A DNA stretch of 64,000 nucleotides from a virus. Under the pieces are notes generated by a model. That model had not been told where the DNA came from, made no database searches, and saw nothing but the letters and a program-made list of their open reading frames with translations. A program made the position numbers and the translations under genes. The stretch is from IMG/VR virus record IMGVR_UViG_3300014627_000002, positions 1 through 64,000 of that record. The stretch is one strand, 5' to 3'. Within the stretch, counting starts at the first letter, position 1, and every line of letters starts with the position of its first letter. Shown here piece by piece: positions 34,881-43,011 of this stretch.

Positions 34881-35918
34881 ATGACAAGTTTAGCGATAGG
34901 CGACATTTTAGGTATGTCGTCAGAACCTTATGCAGCCGATAGTAGACCTAAAAATATTACAAGGGCACTGCATAACCGGGAAAACCCCTATACCTTGCTT
35001 TCAAATAAGTTATTGCGTGATACATCGATCCGTCATTCGGACCGTGGACTGATGGCGCAATTACTATCTTGGTCCGATTATCACAATGTTTGCATTCAAG
35101 CCTTGGTCAAAAAAAGTGTAGAAGGCCGTGATGCTATTCGCGGAATGATAGATCGGCTAATCACTGCAGGTTACATACGCATGCAACAAACAAAAAGTGA
35201 AGATGGCCGCTTTGACAAAGTGGTGTATCAGCTTTTTGAAGAATCTACTGGTGCGATAGTGGCTAACCTGGATTTAACTGGAATAGAAGAAAATCAGGAT
35301 GATCCAGCGGCGGCACAATTAGATTTATTTGAATGCGAGTTAGTAATGATGGAAAACCAGGATAAAACCGGTAATGTGAACCAGTCCGCAAACGGAAAAG
35401 CCGTAAACGGAAAACACGACACTAATAATAACTATGATTCAAGAAATACTAATTTTAATAGTAATAAGCATGAATCTGGATTTGTTGAAAAGAAAAGTGA
35501 AAAGGAAACCAAAGAGAGTCTATTAAACAAATGGCCGTTAGATATTAAAAATTCACAGGTAGTGGCCCGTTTAGGTATGGCAGGTTTGAACTCTTTTGTT
35601 CCTGATCAAGAAACATTGAATCGTTACTTGATTGACTTCAATCAACAGCATGAAAAATATAAAGCTTTAAGTGATTCACAACGTCTGAATAACTTCACTT
35701 CATATTTGGTTCGTATTAAGCACACGCCAGTTGAATACACAAAACATTTAGCTCGGCTTCGTGCTCTTGGCTTTGATGTTCAAATGCCTGTCCGCAAGAC
35801 TGAAAGAAAAGCATCGCAAAGAGTCCAGACTAATCAGGCCAATGTAAATCCATTTCCGGTGAGTTCTAACCAGGCGATTGTTCCCCCAGCTGCACATATC
35901 TCTTTTGAGGGATTTTAA
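34881..35918 (+). CDS. replication initiator/organiser (lambda O- or DnaD-like winged helix)
   Basis: GRDAIRGMIDRLITAGYIRMQQTKSEDGRFDKVVYQLFE is a winged-helix pattern. The gene lies directly upstream of the DnaC-like loader. Confidence 0.5.
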   Translation: MTSLAIGDILGMSSEPYAADSRPKNITRALHNRENPYTLLSNKLLRDTSIRHSDRGLMAQLLSWSDYHNVCIQALVKKSVEGRDAIRGMIDRLITAGYIRMQQTKSEDGRFDKVVYQLFEESTGAIVANLDLTGIEENQDDPAAAQLDLFECELVMMENQDKTGNVNQSANGKAVNGKHDTNNNYDSRNTNFNSNKHESGFVEKKSEKETKESLLNKWPLDIKNSQVVARLGMAGLNSFVPDQETLNRYLIDFNQQHEKYKALSDSQRLNNFTSYLVRIKHTPVEYTKHLARLRALGFDVQMPVRKTERKASQRVQTNQANVNPFPVSSNQAIVPPAAHISFEGF

Positions 35919-35919
35919 G

Positions 35920-36894
35920 ATGGGAGTATCACTTATGAAAACATTGGAATTGAAATGTGAGCTTCACGGTGAATACCAAAAATATATCACTGATGCAGAT
36001 AAAGCTTGTCCGCATTGTAGAAGTGAAATGGCTCAAAAACAGCAAGATCAATATATTGAGAATACCAAGCCGTTAAATGGCCTTTTTCTTGATCTCACGA
36101 TTGCTTGTGATGTGCATGGTCCACAGATCGTACAGGTGCCAAAGTTTCTTGCTGACAAGCTAAGCCATTGTCCTAAATGCGTTCAAGCCAAACGTGAGCA
36201 GAAGCTTCAGAAGAAAATTGAAAAACGAGCAAGTGAAATCATCGAGCAGGCGGGAATACCGTTAAACAGTATTGGCCATACTTTTTCCCAAGCTGACCGT
36301 AGCAAAAGTATTAAACAAACAGCAATTATTGAACGCCTGATTACCTATATTCAGGATATTACTGCCAGAGGTGATAGTACTGGTGCCAAGAATATTATGC
36401 TGAGTGGCAACATGGGTACCGGAAAGACTTATTTTGCTTCAATACTTCTGCAAAATATTATTGTTCGGGCATGTGAAAAAGCATTGAGTGATGAATCGAA
36501 TATCAGATTTAAAGGCGGCTTGGCTATTCAATTTATTAGTGAACAAGCATTGCAATCGGCCATTACTGCAACTTGGTCAGACAAGTCTGAAACAACCAAA
36601 CAACTTTATGAGCGCCTTTCAAGTAAAGCCATTCTATGTATTGACGATGTAGGTACCGTTAGCAGTACTCAGACGCACTTGCTTGATGCATACGCTGCAA
36701 TTCTTGATGAACGTTACAAACGTAACCTGCCGACCATTATCACCTCAAATATGACTCATGAGGGCCTAAAGCTGGCTATTGGGGCCCGAGCAGCTGACCG
36801 CTTTTTAGAAAAGAACAGGGTAATCGTTGCTAACTTTGATTGGCACGGGTACCGGACGGCGCAAGAAGGCACAAACGAAATCGAATTTTTTTAA
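35920..36894 (+). CDS. DnaC/IstB-like AAA+ helicase loader with N-terminal Cys-rich region
   Basis: Walker A LSGNMGTGKTYFA and Walker B ILCIDDVG, plus CPHC...CPKC pairs. The ATG at 35920 has a GAGGGA RBS. Confidence 0.7.
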   Translation: MGVSLMKTLELKCELHGEYQKYITDADKACPHCRSEMAQKQQDQYIENTKPLNGLFLDLTIACDVHGPQIVQVPKFLADKLSHCPKCVQAKREQKLQKKIEKRASEIIEQAGIPLNSIGHTFSQADRSKSIKQTAIIERLITYIQDITARGDSTGAKNIMLSGNMGTGKTYFASILLQNIIVRACEKALSDESNIRFKGGLAIQFISEQALQSAITATWSDKSETTKQLYERLSSKAILCIDDVGTVSSTQTHLLDAYAAILDERYKRNLPTIITSNMTHEGLKLAIGARAADRFLEKNRVIVANFDWHGYRTAQEGTNEIEFF

Positions 36895-36908
36895 ATAAGG
36901 GCTAAATC

Positions 36909-37829
36909 ATGAGTAATTCTTTAAGAAATGAAAAGATTCAAAAGTGGACATTAGCCCGTAAAGGCCGCATGTCGTTACTTGCTTCACTTTTAGAAATGGA
37001 CAAGCAACTGCTATATCGCATGGTTACAGACTTTCGCCTATCAACTCATTTGATTAATGAGATTGAAAAAAAGCAAAAGGAAGTAGAAGGTCTGGAAGTT
37101 GAATGTATTCGCGAGTTTGACTATCTCAAGCGTTTTGCTGCTAAAGGACATGGCAGGATTGCAAAGCTGGCGCAAAAGATGGGTGAACCGACTCATAGAA
37201 TGTATGGACTGGTTAAAGCAACGGGTGATTCACGTTATCTGCTAATCCAGTACGGTACACAGCAGGTTATGAAAGCTGTCACTGAAATCGAACGTGAGTT
37301 TAAAGGCCGTTATAACAAAGGTCAGATAAATATAAAGGATTTTCTAACTAAAGAGGTACGCGGTAAAAACTACACATTAAAGGAAATTGAGTGTCTAGCT
37401 GGAAAATTTAAAGAACACGCCGACTTTGCCAATCATGATGCAGCGGTTATTTGTCAGAAAATAGGTGAAGACAAATACAAGGTCCTATCAATGGGCTTTG
37501 ATACTCAGCTGCCGGAACTATGTCAATCACATATATGCGAAAAGGAAAATCCGCATATTCATGCATTAACAATGGCTGTATTAAACCTGCATCGGGAGCC
37601 AGTTAAAGAAACAGGGGAGCTTATAGCATTTGGCCATAGTGCGCCGTGTCCGTCTTGTGCCAAGCGTCTTAATAAAAGGGGCATTGCTCAAGTCTATTGC
37701 TATTTTGAACCTGAATTACTTGATGGGCTTGTTCTTTTGGCTAAAAACCGAGTCCCCGTTATCAAAATAAACCTAGTAAATTCAACATTTAAACAGATTA
37801 ACAAGGAACTGTTACATGATGCTGCTTAG
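36909..37829 (+). CDS. protein with C-terminal cytidine-deaminase-like zinc motif (catalytic Glu position is Leu)
   Basis: HIHALTMAVLNL followed 27 aa later by APCPSCAKRLNKRGIAQVYCY, compared with the CDA-fold H-A-E-x-x-A ... P-C-x-x-C-a..i...GI..V.y. Confidence 0.4.
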   Translation: MSNSLRNEKIQKWTLARKGRMSLLASLLEMDKQLLYRMVTDFRLSTHLINEIEKKQKEVEGLEVECIREFDYLKRFAAKGHGRIAKLAQKMGEPTHRMYGLVKATGDSRYLLIQYGTQQVMKAVTEIEREFKGRYNKGQINIKDFLTKEVRGKNYTLKEIECLAGKFKEHADFANHDAAVICQKIGEDKYKVLSMGFDTQLPELCQSHICEKENPHIHALTMAVLNLHREPVKETGELIAFGHSAPCPSCAKRLNKRGIAQVYCYFEPELLDGLVLLAKNRVPVIKINLVNSTFKQINKELLHDAA

Positions 37830-37838
37830 GAGAAAGCA

Positions 37839-38144
37839 ATGTTTGATTGTTATTTACGCGGGATTTACAAGGATGCCCTTCACCGGCAACTTGTCGCACT
37901 TTGTGAAGGCATAGAGTCAGCTGAAACAATTGTATTTAACAGTGAGAAAAATTCACGTTATTACGATTTAGAAAATGGCCGTTATGTGTATGCAGTGGAT
38001 GGTGTGGACCAATATGGAGTAACTGTAGTGAGTTACATCAAGAAAGGTTTAGTAAGAAAAGAGGAAAGAATTTTCCCTAACTTGATTGATCTTCACTCAT
38101 TAAAGGCAGCGATTAGCTCATTTAGATTGGCTAAGCGTAAATAA
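37839..38144 (+). CDS. hypothetical protein
   Basis: 101-aa ORF with AGGAGAAAG RBS. Confidence 0.6.
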   Translation: MFDCYLRGIYKDALHRQLVALCEGIESAETIVFNSEKNSRYYDLENGRYVYAVDGVDQYGVTVVSYIKKGLVRKEERIFPNLIDLHSLKAAISSFRLAKRK

Positions 38145-38171
38145 CCTCTAACGGTTTTTTTATGTCCGTAT

Positions 38172-38209
38172 GTTATGCGAATTAGTATAATTTTAACAAT
38201 TCGCATAAC
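38172..38209. promoter_or_regulatory. class B operator pair bracketing a TATAAT (locus 5)
   Basis: GTTATGCGAATT-agTATAATtttaac-AATTCGCATAAC, a perfect 12-bp inverted repeat. Confidence 0.65.
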
Positions 38210-38286
38210 AATGGGGATAAAATTAAAGATATACACAAATTATTTACATAATTTTGCATAAAAACAGTTTTATTAGGGGCTTTTAA

Positions 38287-39075
38287 GTGGAACTGGAAAA
38301 GGAAAATTTTACTTTAATGCATGGTGATTGTCTGGAATTGCTCAAGACCTTGCCAAGTGAAAGTATTGATATGATCTTGTGTGATTTGCCGTATGGAACG
38401 ACCTGTTGCAGCTGGGACGTTATTATACCGCTAGAGCCATTATGGGCCGAATATGAGCGTGTAATTAAACCGAATGGGGCAATTGTACTTTTTGCTGCCC
38501 AGCCCTTTACCTCTATATTAGCCTGTTCAAATTTAAAATTATTTCGCTATGAGTGGATTTACGAAAAGCCAGCAGCTACAGGCTTTATGAATGCTAAAAA
38601 GCAGCCAATGCGTGCTCATGAAAATATCCTGGTATTTTATAAACGTCAGCCTACCTATAACCCTATTAAAACGCATGGCCACAAACGCCAGACAGCGAAA
38701 CGTAGGGATATTGGTTCAGAACATTATGGAAAGCAGCTAAAGATCCAGGCATACGACTCAACTGAACGCTATCCGAGATCGGTCCAGATATTTAGTTCTG
38801 ATAAGCAAAAACAGGCATTTCACCCTACCCAAAAACCCGTCGCTATCTGTGAATACCTTATTCGCACCTATACAAATCCAGGTGAAACAGTACTTGATAA
38901 TACGATGGGCAGCGGTACCACTGGTGTAGCGTGTGTAAACACTGGACGTAAGTTCATTGGTATGGAGCAAAAGCAGGAATATTTTGATATAGCCCATGAA
39001 CGCTTAACAGCTGCAATTGTTGAGCGAGATATAGTTCAGCAGCCGGATCTGTTTGGAGAATCAGCAGTCGCATGA
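38287..39075 (+). CDS. orphan DNA methyltransferase (N6A/N4C, beta class)
   Basis: Motif IV ILCDLPYGT precedes motif I VLDNTMGSGTTGVACVNTGRKFIGME. No nuclease gene is adjacent. Confidence 0.8.
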   Translation: MELEKENFTLMHGDCLELLKTLPSESIDMILCDLPYGTTCCSWDVIIPLEPLWAEYERVIKPNGAIVLFAAQPFTSILACSNLKLFRYEWIYEKPAATGFMNAKKQPMRAHENILVFYKRQPTYNPIKTHGHKRQTAKRRDIGSEHYGKQLKIQAYDSTERYPRSVQIFSSDKQKQAFHPTQKPVAICEYLIRTYTNPGETVLDNTMGSGTTGVACVNTGRKFIGMEQKQEYFDIAHERLTAAIVERDIVQQPDLFGESAVA

Positions 39076-39530
39076 ATATGTCCAATCATCAATTATTCGG
39101 TATGGCAGAAAGCCGTACTGATATATGGGCTACACCGCAAGACTTCTTTGATAAGCTAAATAAGGTTTTCAGCTTTAATTTAGATGTATGTGCTTTACCA
39201 GAAAATGCTAAGTGTGCACGCTTTTTTAGTCCGGCTGAAGATGGTTTAAAACAGGAATGGACTGGCATTTGCTGGATGAATCCGCCGTATGGACGTGAAA
39301 TCATTGAATGGATTCAGAAGGCTGCACATACTGCCAAGCAAGGGCATACAGTCGTTGCACTGGTACCAGTTCGGACAGATGCAAGATGGTGGCAAGACTA
39401 CTGTTTAAATCGAGAGATACATTTTATCCGGGGCCGTTTAAAGTTTGGTGGTTCAACTTCTAATGCGCCGTTTGGGTGTGCAGTTGTAGTCTTTAGGCCC
39501 TGTTTAGATGATGTTGATTGGACCAAATGA
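39072..39530 (+). CDS. phage N6-adenine DNA methyltransferase (small Dam-type family)
   Basis: IWATPQDFFDKLNKVFSFNLDVCA...WTGICWMNPPYGREIIEWIQKA...ALVPVRTDARWW. Confidence 0.8.
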   Translation: MNMSNHQLFGMAESRTDIWATPQDFFDKLNKVFSFNLDVCALPENAKCARFFSPAEDGLKQEWTGICWMNPPYGREIIEWIQKAAHTAKQGHTVVALVPVRTDARWWQDYCLNREIHFIRGRLKFGGSTSNAPFGCAVVVFRPCLDDVDWTK

Positions 39531-39557
39531 AAAGCCCGCATTACGCGGGCTCTTTCT
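39530..39557. terminator. bidirectional terminator
   Basis: AAAGCCCGC-attac-GCGGGCTCTTTC between convergent genes. Confidence 0.7.
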
Positions 39558-39946
39558 TACTTATATGAACATACTACATACGCCAGTTGATCATATCTAG
39601 ATCCTGGTTCGGTATCTAACCAGCCTGTAGATTGTTCCATTCTTTTGAGGACCTTATCTGTAGAGCTAAAAATAGTAAATTTATCCACTCTAAAGCGGTC
39701 ATTTTCACAGTCAAAGCTATTCAGTGAAAGCATATACTGCCCTTTTTTCATTATTTCAGAATCTTGTTCAGCTTTTATCACAAACCAAGCTTGACGCTTG
39801 GTGTGCCTGCCGTCTAAGTATTTCATGTCTTTTAAATTGACAGAATAGTTACTTTCGCCGTCTGAGCCTATTTCCTCCCAGGCATACGCCTGTAATGAAA
39901 CAAAGCAGAGAACCCCCACAAAAATCTTAATTAAAGTTTTATTCAT
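39557..39946 (-). CDS. secreted surface-adhesin-E-like protein (moron)
   Basis: Signal peptide MNKTLIKIFVGVLCFVSLQAYA. WEEIG...YSVNLKDMKY...AWFVIK...LNSFDCENDRF...GWLDTEPGSRYDQLAYVVC fits the small protein-E-like family pattern. Reverse orientation. Confidence 0.5.
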   Translation of the reverse strand: MNKTLIKIFVGVLCFVSLQAYAWEEIGSDGESNYSVNLKDMKYLDGRHTKRQAWFVIKAEQDSEIMKKGQYMLSLNSFDCENDRFRVDKFTIFSSTDKVLKRMEQSTGWLDTEPGSRYDQLAYVVCSYK

Positions 39947-40014
39947 TCGTTTTAGCTATGTCGTTAAAAGCATGAATATGATACTTGGTTAAAAATTAAT
40001 TAAAAAATTCTATT

Positions 40015-40053
40015 GCGCATAAATATGCATTTAAATATACTCTTTCGCATAAG
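40015..40053. promoter_or_regulatory. class B operator-like sites (locus 6)
   Basis: GCGCATAAATATGCAT and TCGCATAAG. Confidence 0.5.
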
Positions 40054-40163
40054 TTTCTAGGAGTTTATGATAATTAGATTATTTGTAATTTTTTATATGT
40101 CCTAATACTTACAGTTCACTATTTAATTAGATTAAACAAAACACCGGATATTCTAATTAACTC

Positions 40164-40207
40164 AAATGTTTAAATGAACAAAAGAACATTTAAACAAATA
40201 AACAAAC
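40164..40207. promoter_or_regulatory. TGAACA-repeat array (class A, locus 5)
   Basis: AAATGTTTAAATGAACAAAAGAACATTTAAACAAATAAACAAAC (TGTTTAAATG / CATTTAAACA inverted). Confidence 0.55.
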
Positions 40208-40449
40208 TTAATGAGATAAGTATGAATCAAGTAGCCGTTTTTTTTCATCATCAATCAAATTTGAATAACGCCCTTCAGGAAAACAATGGCGATGCATATC
40301 GCAAGATTATGATGCAGGCTGAAAAGCCAGTAATTGAACATACTTTGGTTATTTGTCGTGGCAACCAGACCAAAGCTGCTGAAATGCTGGGCTTAAACCG
40401 TGGCACGCTTCGTAAAAAAATGAAAGAACACGGCTTTATGAAGGCTTGA
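40174..40449 (+). CDS. Fis-family small DNA-binding protein
   Basis: The C-terminal RGNQTKAAEMLGLNRGTLRKKMKEHG is a Fis-type HTH. The first ATG lies inside the repeat array, so the true start may be the ATG at 40222. Confidence 0.65.
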   Translation: MNKRTFKQINKLNEISMNQVAVFFHHQSNLNNALQENNGDAYRKIMMQAEKPVIEHTLVICRGNQTKAAEMLGLNRGTLRKKMKEHGFMKA

Positions 40450-40453
40450 ACTT

Positions 40454-41395
40454 ATGTCAATACAGATCAGTGAAGAAGACTATAAACAGGCGGTTGATGT
40501 AATTCGCCAAACTGGTAGCGGCAGCGTGTCCAACCTGCAGCGTCACTTGAATTGGGGTTATGCCCGTGCAGCAGCCTGCGTTGAGCGTATGCAGGATGAA
40601 TACATTGTTAGTGAAATGAGTACTCAAGGCCGCCGTGAAGTTTATCCTGAAGAATTACACGGGTTATGGCAGGAAAACCAGCAATTAAAACAGGAATTAA
40701 CTGGCTTAAAAGATCGGTTGTCTGAACAAGAAAGGACTCAAGAGGGTTCAGAATGGATTTCAGTTAAGCACTATTTACCGCCAGAAGGTGCAGAAGTATT
40801 AATTCACGATTTTGGTCAAGTACGACAAGCGACCCGTGCTTCTAATTTTGCAGGTGGCTTTAAAGAGAGGAATTGCCGTGGTTGGCAAGCAAGCTATAGG
40901 GTATCTCATTGGATGCCTAAAAGCATAAGACTCCCTGAAGAATTTCATTTTTATTATGAAAATGATGAACGGGGAGAAGTCATAGATCATGAAAAAGAGA
41001 TCAAAGCATACGTTATATCGCTAATTAGACGCGGAGTTATATCAGAAGCTGAAATAGGTTTTTCCTTTAATCCTGTATTAAATGCTTTTGAATCAAAACA
41101 CTTATCTGACTGGTTCATTAGACAAATAAATTTTGGCTGGCATGTTTGGAAAAGTGCAAAAGCAGAATATAGCTTGGTGCTTGAACTCGAAAAAGGACGC
41201 TTCATTGAATGCGATCTGAAAGAGCTTTTATTTTCTTCTCTTAAATCATCAAAGATTTTAAAAACCAAACAAAATTGGGTGCACGTCATGCACATGCTTG
41301 CTAAGGGTTCAATTGCTTCACAGCGAATTTGCACGGCATTAAATGTAAATCCAGAAGGTACAAAATTTGAAGCTGAGAGCCCAGCAAATGACTGA
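40454..41395 (+). CDS. FtsK-gamma-like winged helix + DUF551-like domain protein
   Basis: YKQAVDVIRQTGSGSVSNLQRHLNWGYARAAACVERMQDEYIV is FtsK-gamma-like. WISVKHYLPPEGAEVLIHD...SHWMP is DUF551-like. Confidence 0.5.
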   Translation: MSIQISEEDYKQAVDVIRQTGSGSVSNLQRHLNWGYARAAACVERMQDEYIVSEMSTQGRREVYPEELHGLWQENQQLKQELTGLKDRLSEQERTQEGSEWISVKHYLPPEGAEVLIHDFGQVRQATRASNFAGGFKERNCRGWQASYRVSHWMPKSIRLPEEFHFYYENDERGEVIDHEKEIKAYVISLIRRGVISEAEIGFSFNPVLNAFESKHLSDWFIRQINFGWHVWKSAKAEYSLVLELEKGRFIECDLKELLFSSLKSSKILKTKQNWVHVMHMLAKGSIASQRICTALNVNPEGTKFEAESPAND

Positions 41396-41759
41396 ACTTG
41401 AATTAAAGCTTTTAAAACTAAGCGAAGGGAAATCTGTTGAGTTCGCTTCAGAGTACGGCCTTTTGATACCTGAAATTATTAAAACGCTGAATGTGCACAG
41501 TGCTCCGGAAAAATTTGCCCTGGTGCCTATAGAAATGACCAGACCTATGAAGGATGCACTTGGTTTTATGTGCTTTCAACTGATAGGCGTGGCAAATCTT
41601 TACCGTAATTGTGGACACGAAATTGCCCGTAAAGCTGAAGAAGAACAAGCATTTTTCTTGTTTAAGTTCTTATTGCTGGCTGTCGAGCATGGAGAGAAAT
41701 GGCGCCAGGTACTTGATGAAGAAATTAAGGGCATGCTTGATGATCATAAAGATCAGTAA
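41388..41759 (+). CDS. hypothetical protein
   Basis: The ATG at 41388 overlaps the upstream stop; the listed 41367 start is a TTG. Confidence 0.55.
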   Translation: MTELELKLLKLSEGKSVEFASEYGLLIPEIIKTLNVHSAPEKFALVPIEMTRPMKDALGFMCFQLIGVANLYRNCGHEIARKAEEEQAFFLFKFLLLAVEHGEKWRQVLDEEIKGMLDDHKDQ

Positions 41760-41792
41760 GCCTTAATAAACCTATATATAGTGGAATATAGA

Positions 41793-42275
41793 ATGAATAT
41801 TGAAGAAAGTATTAAACAGTTAGATAGTGAAATAGACTCATTAAAAGCAGCTTTTGAAGCAGCACATTACCTTACTAATACTGAGGTAGAAGAACTGGAA
41901 GAAATTATTGATAAAGCTATAAAGCTTGGTGAGCTGTATTCAAAAAATGCTGTCGGACAAAACGGTAATGCAAAATTCTTCAGCCATGATTTTAACGGTG
42001 ATGGATTTAAATATCACGATTCACTAGATGAAGCTAAGGCTGATGCAGAAGCAGGTATTGAGCATTACCGTGATCAAGTCGCTGATGGCCGGCATATTGC
42101 AGAAATGGGCGAGTTTAATGAGCTGTGTTATGGCGTGGTAATAGAAAAATCATACTGGACCGTTAGTGATGTTGTGAATAAAGAACATCATGCGGCTGAT
42201 CAATACACTAAATACGAAACGGGCACTGAAATTTTAGAGCTAGGTTTAGCCGCACCAGTGGAGTCTGAAAAATGA
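41793..42275 (+). CDS. acidic protein, homologue of the IS passenger ORF
   Basis: Shares the EELEE(I/L)I.KAIK.GEL N-terminal domain with 6113..6601. The listed start at 41781 is a GTG. Confidence 0.6.
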   Translation: MNIEESIKQLDSEIDSLKAAFEAAHYLTNTEVEELEEIIDKAIKLGELYSKNAVGQNGNAKFFSHDFNGDGFKYHDSLDEAKADAEAGIEHYRDQVADGRHIAEMGEFNELCYGVVIEKSYWTVSDVVNKEHHAADQYTKYETGTEILELGLAAPVESEK

Positions 42276-42733
42276 TGAGTAAAGAAGCTGATAGCGCTAT
42301 TGCAATACCTGATTTCTTAAAAAAGATGAAAGGACCGGAACGCTGGGAATGGTTTGAGCATCAAAAAGATATTATGGCTAAAACTGTTTTATTAGATGGA
42401 AGTCTTGAGCTTTGGGGAGAGCTCTTACAGGGCTTTGTTTATATGTTGCGGCTTGATGAATTAAGGCATTGTGAATATATCACTATGCATCATAACGCCG
42501 TGGTAGTGGCTACTTGTGCTGTTATTGAAAAAGATAATGATGCTTCTAAGAGCTGGCTTTTAGAAATGCTTAACCGAGCTGATTCTTATAGTTGGCAGAT
42601 ATATGAGAATGCTCAAGAATTTTTCGACAAAAGATATTTACCTCACGCTTCAAGCCAAGCTGAACATCGAGAAAATATAAAGAAGCTCAACTTAATTGAG
42701 CAAGAAGATGCGTTGAAATTTGATGAGTCCTAA
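42272..42733 (+). CDS. hypothetical protein
   Basis: ATGA overlap with the upstream gene; 153 aa. Confidence 0.6.
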   Translation: MMSKEADSAIAIPDFLKKMKGPERWEWFEHQKDIMAKTVLLDGSLELWGELLQGFVYMLRLDELRHCEYITMHHNAVVVATCAVIEKDNDASKSWLLEMLNRADSYSWQIYENAQEFFDKRYLPHASSQAEHRENIKKLNLIEQEDALKFDES

Positions 42734-42881
42734 AAGCATGTTTAATTTACTCCCGCATGAATTGGTGATTGATAATTTTACTGGCGGTGGCGGCACCAGT
42801 ACCGGGCTAGAGCTTGCGCTTAACCGCCCGGTAGATATTGCAATCAACCATGACCCTAAAGCATTGGCTAGTGCAAGCTAA
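42723..42881 (+). pseudogene. 5-prime remnant (52 codons) of a C5-cytosine DNA methyltransferase
   Basis: MSPKSMFNLLPHELVIDNFTGGGGTSTGLELALNRPVDIAINHDPKAL matches motif I (F.GGGG) and the AINHD..A region of phage Dcm-type enzymes. It ends at a stop followed by the 14-bp palindrome CTTCATGCATGAAG. Confidence 0.65.
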
Positions 42882-42937
42882 CTTCATGCATGAAGCTGCA
42901 TTCATGGGCGCTGCCTAGAAAAAACCCTTAACGACAT

Positions 42938-42996
42938 ATTGTTCATTTAAATAATCTATGTTTAAATGAACAAATGTTCAAATGAACAAATAAACA
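42938..42996. promoter_or_regulatory. TGAACA-repeat array (class A, locus 6)
   Basis: TTGTTCATTTAAA-N9-TTTAAATGAACAA (42939-42973), then ATGTTCAAATGAACAAATAAACA. Confidence 0.6.
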
Positions 42997-43011
42997 TAAC
43001 AGGGGGTTAGA

